Positions 49,087-62,370 are shown, counted from the first letter of the stretch. The stretch: 64,000 nucleotides of DNA from Phoronis australis (GCA_002633005.1 NMRA01000336.1:205836-269835), one strand, 5' to 3'. Numbers and translations are program-made. The notes: generated by a model from the sequence alone, not told the origin.

Positions 49087-50555
49087 GTTGTTAGTGTAAG
49101 ACAGAGTGACGTGGTGTTTGATGTGCTGCACCTGGAGACATGATTGCACCACGGATTGCATCAAAAATTGTAATCGACCAATATACGATATGGTGGCTAC
49201 ACTCCAGACTGAAGCTTTAGCGTTGGACCTTGCATTTTCTTTGTGAACATACACCCAGTGGTATTACTGAGTTTCGGATCTAGCTAATAAGCAAAACAGC
49301 TGCTATGTACCAGATTACACATAGTTTGTGGATTTGCTAAAAACTGACAATATGTTAATTGCTTGAGACCCGGCTCAGTAACTTGTCCTGGCCCTGTTTA
49401 TGCCACATCTCGTCTCAAGTGGGCAACGCTCGCCGCACCCGACCCGTACCCCATAGTAAGAGAGCTCTACCAGTACTGTACGCAGCGGCGGGTTGGGCAC
49501 GTGCTTCCAAATAATTTCCAGGAGTCAGGGCTGTGTTCCGTCGACGCAAAAGATACCGAAAACGTAATATCATACACGTCTTCGCGAGTTAGAAGTGAAG
49601 CAATTGGTCAGACCAGCTTTTCTTGCGAATCCCTAATGTCATGAAAATTACGGGCACCAGGAGTGCCCAGATCGGGTGACCGGCACAGGCGTACTCAGAT
49701 CCGGACTAAAATGATGAGAGAAAGGCACAGCGAAGCATATAAAAGAGATATAACTTGAAGTGGACACAATCACGCTGGCATGTCCCGAGCGGGCGGAGAG
49801 CACATTATCAGTTTGTTAAGGGGTGCCAAGATTTTACAAAACTTTTCTTGAAAACGAGCTCTTTAACTGAGAAAATTTGACATGCACACATCTTTCGTGA
49901 ACGTGTAGTTAGATTTTTAAATTCAAGAAATTAATAAAATGCGAATTGCTTCGCCTTTTTCAGGGACCCCTCTCTGATACATATAAATTGGAATCACGCT
50001 CTTTTCCCCTTTTTGGAGGTTATATAACTTACCACATGATTTTAATGAGACGCCTTAAAGAGAGGACCTCTTGGTGACATGAACAACCGCCGCTCATTTG
50101 ATGTTACGGTAATTATAGCCTATACCCTTCCATACTGGCCTCTTTCTTGATTTTAGTAGTTACCTCCTTTTATCTTTAGTGGACACCGACGATGGAATCA
50201 ACTAGCTGTCACCCCCAATTCTAATTTCAAATATTAAAACCTTTTCTCACGGCCATCCCTTCAATGAGACCATATTTGCCATCATATAAATCCGGCACTG
50301 TCAAATATTCCGACCCACACAACAGTTTCATCCAAAGCACCACAGCATCAAATCATATGACACCGAAGCAACCAAAAATGTGTCTCTGTAAACAGCATTG
50401 ACCGAAATCGAAAGCCAAGGTGGAAATTTGCCGGAAAACTTGAAGACAGCTGTTTTGCGGCGAGTAGTCCGGTCATTCTAGGGCTCCAAAGGGCCCAACC
50501 TTTAAAAAAAATTGCAACAGAAGATTTTTTTTGCATAAATGGCATCTTCAAACAT

Positions 50556-53500
50556 CCCTTGGTGACAGAAAAACGTCTACCGAAATCGGCGTGGCAGATT
50601 GAGTCGGTTTTTCAAGGTGGCGGAAAAAATGGCCGCCAAAACCGGTGTTTAGTGCTTTTTGGCATGTTACTCTGATGCAACAGATAGAAATAACACAATA
50701 AAGGTTGTCATTGGTTATATACTTTTCATAACAAGCATACCAATCAAAAGATGCCAATTTTCTGTAAAACAAAACCAATGAGGCCGACAAAATGGCGACC
50801 GAAACGGCAATTCGGTACTTGTTGCAAAATTCATATTTTGCCCTGGAAATGGCAAAATTTCAATGCATTTGTAAGTTAGACAATCGAAAATATCTCGACC
50901 TTACAGTTGGTCACTGATTGGAGAAAAAAAATCAAGATGGCTGACGAAATGGTAGCCAACTCACAAATAACTTCAATTTACCGCATGCGCATTGTTTGTA
51001 ATCTGAGAAGCATTTACACAAAAACATTTTACAATCTACAGTTAGGCTTAATGAGCTGATTCTTTATCATGTTTGTTTAGGTACTAAATGTGGAATTTTA
51101 ATCACATTTTAGATTATTTAACATAAAATTTGGTGTTTTTCAGTAAAGGTTTGGAATAAGTTAAATTTTCATTAAGATTTTCATATTCATTTGAGGCATT
51201 AAAAAATAATATTTGTTAGAAGAATATCTAATTCTGGTGGAATTGTTGGCTTATTCAGTACACACACCCTGAATCACATTGGGCAGAAGTGGCTTTGCTC
51301 TCTGCTGTTGGAGATATTATCAATTGTTCCCATGCAAAGATTTCGTCTGCTACTGACACGAGTGGAGAATGTGGCAGCTGATTTCACCTGAATTTAATGC
51401 GAAATATATAAATTACTCACAATAGGTTTAATATGCATGCTTTTTATGACCATAGGAAACTGATTTTAGAGGGAATTAGTCCTAGCAAAGCAAACCACAG
51501 TGATCTGCAGTCACTTGTTCTTAGCCAGTCTTGGCAGATTTCATATTGAGTTTTCTGGGATTTGTTGACAGGAAGCAGGTTTCAGGTTCTTGAGACAGTG
51601 TATGGACCAAACAGTGTGATCCACATGTTATATTGAAAAAGTGTGGATAGAGCAGTGCAGGGACATATGTTGGTAGACTCAGTACTGAATGCTATCATCA
51701 CAGCCAGAGCATTCAACATCCACTTCCAAATATTGACAGATCAAGTAATGCCAATCCAGAACCAATGACTTCAGGATTTCAAGAAAGAAGTTCCGGCTCT
51801 TCAGAAATACCAGGAGTCTCGAATGTCACCAACACAGAACACACAGATTCCGTGCCAAGAGGTAGAGCAATTCAATGCTTGTACACAAATGTTGGCTCGT
51901 CAGAATATATGGAGACAGATTCTTCAGACATCTCAACTGATCACATAACTAGAGATGTATGCACTGGGACATGCAATGCACAGGCAGTGTTCCGATTCTG
52001 AACCTTGGATTACAGTGGAATATAGTCACGAGAGTTCACTTCTGGCTTCCGACATACTGCCAATGGTATATTTCAACAAGACTGAATCAAAGTATAGGTT
52101 TTCAGAATTCGCAGTGACGGAATGGTTTGTCAGAAGAATCAATGGCCACTGATATACTTGATGACGATTTGAAAGCTGGTCTGAAGCTGTATGATGATCT
52201 TATTGCTAGCATGACGTCTATGTGCGGCAATGTATGCTCGTTGGAATGTCTTGTAGGAATCCATAAAAAATGAAGCACATAAATCAGACTTGTGGTTACA
52301 CTGTATGAAGATGAATGACATTCTTCAACTTTTTCTAAAAGCAGAAATAACGTCATATTGGGAAATTCACTTAAAAGTAGTTTCTAATATGCTGCCTTAC
52401 TTTGCAGCTGCTGGTTACATCTCATATGCAAAGTCTGCATACAAATACTTGCAGCAGATGCACCAACTCAGACACCCATCCAGACGTCTACAGCACCTTT
52501 ACTAACGGCCACCATGCCATAAGCCCAAGTGACAGATTCTGGGCAGGTTTGTCATCTGACCTTGTAATTGAACAAACGCTCATGAATCCATCAGTAGTTT
52601 TAACTAGAGGTTGCGGAATGGGAGATACGTAGCATGCACTGTGTCTGCTTTCCATGCCGGCATGCATGCTCAAGTATAAATAGCGCCATGCAGAGTCAAA
52701 CTTGAGTTGCGAAAGAAGTGAGCAGCATAAAGAATGTACCCTGGCAAGACAGTCGCGGAACAGAGTCATCTTCAGCCTTGTTGAATTCCTTCACAACAGA
52801 AACCCATTTGAAAGGGATTACAGAACATCGCCACTGTTGTGACTGCATGCACACGCGTCAATGCCGAAAATACCAGAGAAGCAAGGAAGGTAACTCTCTT
52901 GTTTTTAGAGGGGTCGAGAGTGAAAGACTTCATAGTCAGAAAGAAAGACAAGGTTGTGGCAATGACAAGTCCACATAGTTCATGTTGCCAATAGTGTTTT
53001 TACACAAGTGGATCTACAACTGCTATTTCAGCGATTACTGACAGCTGCAAAAGACAATAGTGAATGTTCATCAAGCCTTTTGAAGTTTGAGCTGTGTGTT
53101 GGTTCCCCCTCTCTTTTTGATACATCTGGTCTTCCCAGAGTCGCTGAGCTGATGCGCTCTGGTCCAGTGGAGCACGACCTACCTGAGGATTATCAATTTA
53201 CAGAAAACACGGTTCACTTCAATGGTGACAGTGATCAAGTCAAAGAAGGAAGTTCACATTTTTGGCAAATAGCAAAAACAAACAAAGATTCATTCACTTT
53301 TTCTCGAAATTCTGGTTGCACAGTGGTACAAGCTCAAGATGACGCAGATGTTTGAATTGTAGAAACAACTGTAGAGAATGCAGCACAAGGTTCTACTACC
53401 CTGACTGCTGACGATACAGACTTGTTGGTTCTTTTGTGTTACCATGCTACTTTAAAACAATTTCCAATATTCATGATCTAATAAGAGGCACCAAAACGAG

Positions 53501-54968
53501 AGAAGAGTATGAGACATCAAGAAACTACAGTTGTCTCTTGGTGCCAAAACTTTCGCGCATTTACCATTTGTGCATGCAGTAGGTGGTTGCGATACAACAT
53601 CACGGCTGTTCGGTATTGGCAAGGCTCTCTCATTCAAGAAACTGCGTGATCGAGAAGTCTGCGAAATGGCTAGAGTATTCACTAGACCTGATGCAGCTGA
53701 AGCAAGACATATTTGAAGCTGGTAAAAGATTTTTATTTGTGGCGGTACTGGTTCTGGAAATTTAAATGACTTGCAATGCAGGCGATTTGAGGAAAGGTGT
53801 CATCAAGCTTAGGCCAAATCCAAATACAGTCATTACTACCAACTGCTTCAGCAGGTAAATTCCACGCTGCGAGGACAAGAACAAGAGTGGTCAAGTTTCC
53901 GTGGCAGTGACCTAGACCTGCTTGATTGAGGATGGATGCTGGCAGGTGGAAAATTAATTCTCATGAAGACGGACCAGCCCGCAGCACCAGAGAACCTTTT
54001 GATATTAAGATGCTCGTCCAAGAGAACTCACAAGAAGTTAGGATTGCAGGTGGAGAATGCAGTGATGTAAGCTGCAGTAATTTATTCTCAGCTGAAAGAG
54101 ATTAGTTGTGTAAATACTTGTTGATTGTGTGTAGATTTTGATCACAGACTGAGAATTAATGTTTTGGACACACCTATAACATCACTAAAGAGAAGCCTGG
54201 TGGGAGCTGTTCAAGTGCTTATAAACTGTTTAACATGCTAAACATACCTTGCTAAACCTTTCTCCTGTCTCAACTGTTGCTGTATTCACTAGCATTTACA
54301 ACTAACTGGAGGCGACACAGATGGTCAATAGGTGTGGATAGTAGATTACTGAATTAATCGCGGAGAATTATTTTCGACACAGCACACTTTTTACGGAGAA
54401 TGACCCTTCAGTTTAGGCCGTGGTTTTCACCCAAATAAGTTATTATTGAAAATGATAGTCGTGTAAATCAGAGCCAGACAAAAATGATTTTAATGGACGT
54501 GTTGATCTATAAAAATCAGAATATGAAATCAGGGAAGATGGCATGTCTCTGGAATTTGAAGTTCTTACACCAAGCAAGTATTTGGAGGCCATTTTAGAAA
54601 ATGGTGGAAGTAATCATTAGAGCCAAACACAATGAGTCTCAATGGATTATTCGACCCAGAAAACCTATGATGCAGTGTTTGAATCAAGACGATACACTAA
54701 TCTTTTCGCGCAAAGTTGTGCGACTCGACGCCTGCGGCGGCCATCTTGGAAAATGGCGGATGGTGTCATCGCAGCCATGCAAAACTATTTTTAATGGATT
54801 TGTTGACCCACAGAAGATACGTAAACCTTTTTGAATTTTTACTCTATCACATTCCACTCTCTAGTTATAATGGTCATATGCAAATCTGGCGGCCATTTTG
54901 TCCGCCATCTTGAAAAACCTACCTCCGCCACCCCGATTAAGGTAGACGTTTTTTCCTCAAACTAAGGG
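50556..54968 (+). mobile_element. Degenerate Academ-like DNA transposon (transposase + XPG-like nuclease remnants) with long imperfect TIRs
   Basis: TIR arms AAAAACGTCTACC..AATCGG.GTGGC..GGTTTTTCAAG.TGGCGGA.AAAATGGCCGCC at 50568-50637 and inverted at 54888-54954. Fragments WEIHLKVVSNMLPYFAAAG..YAKSA, FWAGLSSDLVIEQTLM, QAQDDADV, DDTDLLVLL, HAVGGCDTTSRLFGIGK. Confidence 0.82.
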
Positions 54969-57462
54969 GTGTGAGAGGATACGATTTATGCAATAACACC
55001 TTGTGTTGCAAATATTTCCGGGTTATCCGTAAAATGACTGGACTGATAGAAATCGAAGAAACGATGTAAACTTTGAATGAGTTCGAAATTCGAGTCAAGC
55101 GAATTAGGGGAAGTCTCGGTATTTTATCGCGCACCCGTTCGCCGCCACGTGTGCTGCGGTCGCGTACTTCACAGACACCTACTGCAAACCGGGACTGTGC
55201 GAGTTCCTCGCTTATTTTTCTCGTTAAAAGTACTTTTATATTAAAGATGTGTACATGCAAGATCTCAACTTTTATTCCAGTCTAGAATCCCATTCGTGTC
55301 TTCATGCGTGACACTTTCCTATTGTTGTGTGTGACATACCACATAGTCAGTGTTCTCCCTCTACAACTGAAAACCCAAACCTGTCAGAGAGGCCTAGCTG
55401 GACTCGACCTGACAGCCATTCTTTGCTATGGGCAAAAAAACTGTATGTTGAAGGTTATCGAAACATGATGGAAGCACGGGCAATCTGATCCACGTTCTAA
55501 ACTTGTCCGATGAGACCAATCTCAATAGCAGATTGTGCCGGTGTGGTCTGTACAGGACATTTTACTTCTTGTCCTGTCGTTAGATTCGGCGGTCCACTTA
55601 AAAATGTTTTGACAGCACGGCATATTAGGTGTCTAACCGGGTCATTTACGACTCCTCGTTTGTGCAGCCAACGTTATAGATGTTTGATATAACTCAGTCA
55701 CACACAAGACGCACAAGATTAAGATAATATCAGTAGTCTCGAGTGGTCAATCTTGCAGGAGACAAAGGGGATGAATCGCCCCCATACCATCCAAAAAGAT
55801 AACCCTTCCCAAATAAAAAGGAAAATAAAAAGAACTGAAACTGTTATTCACGTCTAAAAAGGCGGAATAACGTTGAAACAGTTTACAGGGCCGTAGGAAG
55901 CAGGTGGGCCGGTGAGGGGGTTATGTGCCGTCCAATAATTTGCAGGCGTCAGGCGGTTAAACCGTGGCATGCGACATAGGCGTGGGGCAGGGGGAAGTCG
56001 AGAAAAGAAAGACATCGAAACACGGAGAAGAGAGAAAATTCAAGAGAACCATCAATAGAGGTCGTCCACAGAGAGCCCAGTGTTGAAAATCATACAACCT
56101 TCCATGTTGAGGAAGGTCACTTCTTTCAGGGTTACGATGGAATTAACTGTAACTCTTTTCCATGCTTTATGAGGTCCCCTTTCAAAAATGGCCCCTTCTT
56201 TCTGGGGTGATTTGGATCCCTTTGTCCCTCTATACACCTAAATTTTCCACTGACTGCCAAGTACTCACGAGGCAATGCGCTGAGATAACAAATTCATCAA
56301 AAACACAAAACGTTCGTGCACAGCCAAAGGTATCAGCATTCGGTCCAATAGGATTGACCGCTATCGAAAGAGCGGAAGTTTGAAGAACAGGTTGACTACT
56401 ATTTTGTGAATTACACAAAAGGACTATTTCCGATGGTTTTATAAAGTAATGTTAATTTTTCGCATAGTATAAGAAGAATAGTATTTCTTTTGAAGATCGT
56501 TACTATTTAGCAGTTCTTTGTAAGAAATTCGCACATGTTGAAAAGGCTGTCGGGGCCGGGTACAACTTTTGATGAACGTGTACATGCATGTCTAATGGAG
56601 GTTCTCAAAGTACTCGCAATCATCAAGAAAGATTTTTAATGGTTTTTTTGGAGTTCCAAGTTTAACTCGTGAACCGTAATAAGAATTGCTTGTTCGCCAT
56701 TCCCGTGTAACCATATAGTAGGTCCGGAGCAGAATCTCAGTGATTCACAGGAACTGAATTTCAAGGAACTCCCGGCGTCAGTGGAAGTGTGTACATTTTT
56801 GAGACACCCTCTGTGAATCATTTCCCCAATCACCAGAAACTGGAATATCCGTGTTTCAACAAGGGGCATTGAAAAAACAACAAAGGCACTATGCCAGGTA
56901 CCTCTGGATGTCACCAGTCAAAAACACCTTCAAAGAATGATCCTAAAAAAACTTTTCCCAAACCGGATCATACACTGTAAATAAGCTGAAGGCTTGACCG
57001 CAGAGTCAGGCAGACGGATAGGTACGAGCTAAGCTGTTTGTCTCAAGCATCTTTGTCTCAAGTGAATCACAGCTGAACTGACCAGTGGCTAGCCTAGTTT
57101 ATAGAATTCCTATTTTTACACTGACATATCTCGGGTATAGTTACTTGAGGCAGCTCCCAAGCAGCTAGACCTATCCGTCAGTACGCTGGCCATACGGCCC
57201 ATTTTTACTCTCTTTGAAAGTTTGTTGCTTCACGTTTACTCAAATCCTGAGAGTATTTGAGTAACCATGATGGTTGAACCCGCGAGATTCGTGTCCCTCC
57301 CCCTCCTATGGTGGACGTGGTTGGTCGGTACAAATTTGGCGGTGGGGCCGGGAGATGGATAGGAAGGGGGGTGGGCAACACAAAAGACCATGTGCATATG
57401 TGACACATTTCAAAGAATTAATGGGCAAAAATTGCATAATAAACCATTCTAACAAACACAAA

Positions 57463-58561
57463 CAGCCGATTTCATGAGGGTGGTTTAACAAAACCAGGTT
57501 TAAGACTAAACCTGGTCTTCCTAAACCTGGTCTAATTTTAGACCTGACTTGCATTTCACCAACATGGTTTGAGAGTCTGAAGGCCTGGTTTTGCTAGGCC
57601 AGGGAGCTGGTTCAGTAAAACCAGGTTTAAAGTATCAAAGGCGAGCTGGGTAAATACAACAAAGAAACTATTGAAGTGCTTCAATGAATCCTTGATCACG
57701 TGGGTATACAATGACGTACACTAGTAGAATCAGTGCAGACATTTACGAAAAAGGTCTAAAAGCTTTTCTCATGAGGAAAAATGTAATTTCTGTGCCCAAC
57801 ACACACGCATTAAAGAACATGCTCCCTAAATGCCCAAATTTATTTCCGTGTCATTTTAGTGTTTATTTTTCGCGGCCAAAGGGGGTCAAGACCCCTTCCC
57901 GGTAACATTATATCGGAGAACAGTACGTGGAGGTGGAACTCAGTCAGAAGAATCAGAAGGTGCTGTCTTAAGTCAAATCCGTAGCGCTTACGACGATGAC
58001 GCCCTGCTCGACCAGTCGTATTCTGATGAATCTGCAGGACACACTCCAGCACGTTCTGGTCTACGCATAGGCGGATCCAGGGGGTCAAGGGGTCCGGAGC
58101 CCCTTTTCCCTTGATTTTAGTGATACCAAATCTATTGGTCCCCCCTTTCAAAAAGTCCTTGACCGCCCCCCCTCTTTAAAAATCCTGAATCCGCCCGTGC
58201 TACGTTTGATCTTGTGTCGTAGTAAAACTGAATATTGAAAATAGACACAAATGCACTCCGCGGCATTATTCAGTTGTACCTATACCTTGCAAGTCTGACA
58301 TATTTAACAGTTAAATCTGGGTCTGACCAAGTCTAAAGTTAAACATGGTTTAAGATCTAAATACAGGTCTAAAGAATATAGACTTCGTTGGTGAAATGAA
58401 AACTGACTTAGACCAGGTCTAAACTAGGAGTTAACCCAGGTTTTACTAGACCACAGGTCTAAAAGTTAAACCACCTTTATGAAATGCAGATTATCTTTAA
58501 ACCTGGTCTAAGTCCAGTTTAAATCAGGTTTAACTTTAAACCACCTTTTTGAAATCGGCTG
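57463..58561. mobile_element. Non-autonomous DNA transposon (PIF/Harbinger-like) with TIRs and subterminal AACCAGGTTT/AAACCTGGT repeats
   Basis: CAGCCGATTTCATGAGGGTGGTTTAA ... TTAAACCACCTTTTTGAAATCGGCTG. The superfamily assignment is inference. Confidence 0.75.
58066..58199. mobile_element. 134-bp MITE with 5-bp TSD CTACG, nested in the previous element
   Basis: ctacg|CATAGGCGGATCCAG ... CTGAATCCGCCCGTG|ctacg. Confidence 0.85.
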
Positions 58562-58966
58562 TAAGATTCCATTTGTGCCAGATAGTCCCAGCCAAGAGTA
58601 CAAACCTATGGACAGACTCGGCAGTGATCGGGTCAGGAATTCCTGATGTGTTCCTGATGTGACGTTTTTCCGAAGATAGCCGAAGTTCAAAAATTTCTGT
58701 TCTCAAAACTTTGTGGGGAAGTGGGAGCGTGTTTTAAACGAATAATAGACGAATATGGGGTATGAAATAAAAAGAAATGTGGTTCATTAGCAAACTTTAT
58801 TAACAGTCAACACATGCGTATACATATTAACCCCAACTAAATAGCTGTGAATCAATCTCTTTAACGCTCACATTATTTACGTTCTTCGTTTAACCCCCGT
58901 CGTTTTTATGATCGTCACGCTTTATGCTCGTCGTTTTTACTAGCGAGGTGGTCGAGCGTAATTCAG

Positions 58967-59307
58967 TCGCCAGATGAGTGAACGTTATGCACGTAAATTA
59001 CGTGCGTAAATTTATTGTTGTTAAATTAAATTTAAACGACGTAAATTAATTATATGTAAACAATTAATTTACGCCGTAAGGTATAAATTTACTCTTTAAA
59101 AGTTAATTTACAACCTTAAAAGTTAATTTGCGCTACAAGTAATTAATTTATGGCGTAAAGAATTAATTTACGCCGTTTTAACTTGACTGTTAAGTGTTCA
59201 TTTACGCCGCAAATAATTTACGCTGTAAACAATTGACTTACGCCGTTAACAAGAAGTAATTTGAACTCGTAATTTACGCGCGTAACGTTCGCTCATTTAG
59301 CCAGCGA
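58967..59307. mobile_element. Foldback/MITE-like element with internal AATTAATTTACGCCGT repeats
   Basis: ATGAGTGAACGTTATGCACGTAAATTACG ... CGTAATTTACGCGCGTAACGTTCGCTCAT inverted arms. Confidence 0.75.
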
Positions 59308-59493
59308 AGGTGTACAACCATTTCGGACTACGATCTAAGAGCAAGAACTAACACAGGAACAGATGAATGCAAACCCAGTCGCTCGATAACCATTTAGCTA
59401 GCCAAGTCCGTAGGAAGGCAAAAATTATTGGGGGAGCACAAACTACCCCTCCCCCTACCCCATCACCGCCGTCAACACCCCCCCCCCCCCCCC

Positions 59494-59554
59494 NNNNNNN
59501 NNNNNNNNNNNNNNNNNNNNNNNNNNNNNNNNNNNNNNNNNNNNNNNNNNNNNN
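59494..59554. other. Assembly gap (N run) after a poly-C tract
   Basis: Run of n characters. Confidence 0.99.
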
Positions 59555-60010
59555 GGCCATTCCGGGGATGCAGCCATTGAGTAACCGTAAAGTAAGAATG
59601 GGCCTGGACCATTGCATGGACGGGTAGCGAGGAGCTGTCTCAAGTAACTGTAGCTGAGATCTAACAGTGTGAAAATACGAAATACCCGACGAACTAAAGC
59701 TACTTGTTGGTCAGCGCAGTTATGATACACATGATACGGGCAGCTTAGCTCGCACACATTCGTCAGTGCGCTGGCCCTATGGTCAAGATTAGTTTCATTG
59801 TGATCCGGTTTCATGAAAACTTTATTTCATTATGGCCATTCTTTGAAGGTGTTTTTTGAAAAGGTGAGATCCCGAGGTCCCTGATATAGTGCCTCTGGGG
59901 CTGTTTCAAAATCCCTCGTTGGAACACGACGGACATTCATTAACATCCTTCAGACTTATTTCATATAGACAAAAATCGTTTAATGTACTTTGCTATTAAT
60001 TTAATATCAG

Positions 60011-60445
60011 CCTGCAACTAAGTTCACTGAAGCATCGTTATCTCTTAAAAGATTCGCTTCTAATTGTCAAACAATCATCTACAATCAGTTGATGTAAATC
60101 AGAAATCAACAATAGATTCCATGAGCAATAATTTAATGACTCAATTTCTTATTGATCTCCTGTTTGTGAGTTTAAGCGAGAAATCTTGTACTTAAGTCGA
60201 AAACTAATGCATTTATTGCCATTTGAATTGTGAGTATATTTTTAGGAATTGTCCGAATTTCATCAATGTCTGAGAGTTATTTTGGGTTGGTAAAATTGGT
60301 CTAAGTTTAGTGGTTCCTAGGTGTACTTTACCATTTGGGGATCGGATTATAGTTTTTCCAATTTCAGGTTGCAACTAAATTCACTGAATTATCATCAATT
60401 CTTACAAGGTTAGCTTCTAATTATCAAAAAGCATCTATGAATCTA
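60011..60445. repeat. Diverged direct duplication (~357-bp period)
   Basis: TGCAACTAA.TTCACTGAA...GCTTCTAATT.TCAAA.A..CATCTA at ~60014 and ~60370. Confidence 0.6.
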
Positions 60446-61199
60446 TCGATTTTCGAAGATATATAAACAAGTAAATCAGAAACCAAGGAATTTGTTTATA
60501 AAAACAGAATGTTATGAGCAATTTCCGCAGGCATGCTTGTACATTTTTAACGGGTAAACGGGTGAAGATGGGAGATGGGGCATTCGTATGAAGGTGTATT
60601 TTTGCTCATTTCAGACTACCTGTAACGATTCACGAGAATAGCTTGAATTCCACTGTCAAAAAACGCTGAAATCTTTGTTTATGATTGCGAGAGTTCATTG
60701 AGTACCCCCGTTTGACATGTACAGGGCCTTCACAAATAGTAGCCTCGACAGCAGTGTTTTCCACATGTGAGAATTCTTTACAAACAACTCATAGTGACCA
60801 CCTTCAAAAGAAATACAACTCTTGTGGTACTATAGGAAACATTAGCTTATAACTAACCATCGTAAATAGTCCTTTTGCGTAATTCACATATAGTGGTCTT
60901 CACGTTTTTCGAAATCCCACCCTTTCGATGGGGGTCAATCCTATTTTATTTTTTCACATTTTTTGGTTGTTTGGGTCGAATTTCTTGACACTGCTTTGCT
61001 GTGCACGAATGTTTTGTGTTTTTTGATAATTTGGAATCTCAAATTCCTTCGTGAATACATGGCAGTGTCGGATTTACATGTATAGATCGACGGAGGGACG
61101 AAGGAACATTTTCCCCGAACTGCTCCACGGAGAGAGGATCCGGTCTGAAATGGGACACTTTAAGATGAAAGGCTAAACATTATTAAGCTTCTGGACAAT

Positions 61200-61740
61200 A
61201 GGTTCGTCATTGGTCTCTAGAGGTATTGTAGTATATAAAATGGTCACTTACTTAGAGACGTGGTTGGTTTTTGTCAGACGTTTCGACCCGGTCCGCCAGG
61301 TCTTTGTCGATGAATGAGGGATGTCCCCCGCCTTTCGCTCGTTAAGAATGCTGGAGTACAAGAGGGGTAAGTGGAGCCCTCTGTCCCGGTTTAAGAGGGG
61401 GCGCCGACTGTTGATGTTTATGGCCTCTTTGCAGCTTACGAGTATGCCAATTTTGTTCGTTGGCTAGGATCCTGGATGACGCAAGAGATATGGTATGCCC
61501 AGTCGCCAAAATATGTTTCCCCACGGCTGTTGGTCTGTCTAGTTTCAGATGTTCTTTGAATCTGGTAAGGAACGTTCTCTTAATTGGTTTCTCCAATGTA
61601 GGTGTCGTTGGCGGGATCCTGGTCACATTTATGATCCCACATTGCTTAGCTAATGGGGTTGGGTCTTTGGGTATGACTAGTAGGGAACGGAAGGTGTTGA
61701 TAGGCTTCATGTAAGAGGAAATTGCGTGGGTTCTCTAGGT
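61200..61740 (-). mobile_element. Penelope-like element 3' fragment (GIY-YIG endonuclease region + pLTR)
   Basis: MKPINTFRSLLVIPKDPTP..QCGII..KRTFLTRFKEH..TAVGKHILATGH..RILANEQNWHTRKL, followed by a hammerhead-like GGTCGAAACGTC motif. Confidence 0.85.
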
Positions 61741-62039
61741 GTGTTGTGGGCGTTCAGATATTCGGGATGGCAACATAGTGACCATCAGCCGCCCTAGTCG
61801 TAAATCTACTGAAAAACTCGATTATCGGTTGGCACTAATTAACCCTGACGCCTGCAATTATTTTGGGAGGCACGTAACCCCCACTGGCGGATTTAGGGGG
61901 GGGGGGGTGCCCGGCAAGGGGGCCATGCCCCCNTTATATACGGCCCTGCCAGCTGACGAGGTATGAAATGTGACGTAGGTCTTTCGTCAGTAGCAGAGCA
62001 TCGTAGCACTGTCGTGAAAGAGTGTATGAGATGTAAGTC

Positions 62040-62370
62040 AAGGTACCGTACCTAAACTACACGGTCAACGGACTCATAAACACGACTCACGGACCTGCAA
62101 ACACCGTCCATGTGACTCACAAACACGGGAACGGACTCAAAAACACGATCCACGCACCCAAATACCCGGGACACGGACTCACATTCACGAGGAAACACGG
62201 TTAACGGACCGCCAAACACAAAATGAAGATGTCAGCTGACCCAGGAAGCCGATGAGTCCGTGACCCGTGTTTGGCGGTCCGTTAACCGTGTTTCCTCGTG
62301 AATATGTGAGTCCGTGTCCCGTGTATTTGGGTGCGTGGATCGTGTTTTGTGAGTCCGTTCCCGTGTTTGT
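62040..62370. repeat. Foldback-like element: ~100-bp near-perfect inverted repeat built from ACACGG/ACGGACTC modules
   Basis: Arms 62119-62219 and 62267-62370 are reverse complements with few mismatches. Confidence 0.85.

Noticed and set aside
59030-59250. Regularly spaced AATTAATTTACGCC repeats as a CRISPR array
   Set aside because: Eukaryotic context, degenerate short units without unique 30-40 nt spacers, no cas genes; these are internal repeats of a foldback element.
61951-61992. CTGACGAG..GAAA as a second hammerhead
   Set aside because: No stem II between CUGACGA and GAAA; it is only a short inverted repeat (ctgacga/tcgtcag).
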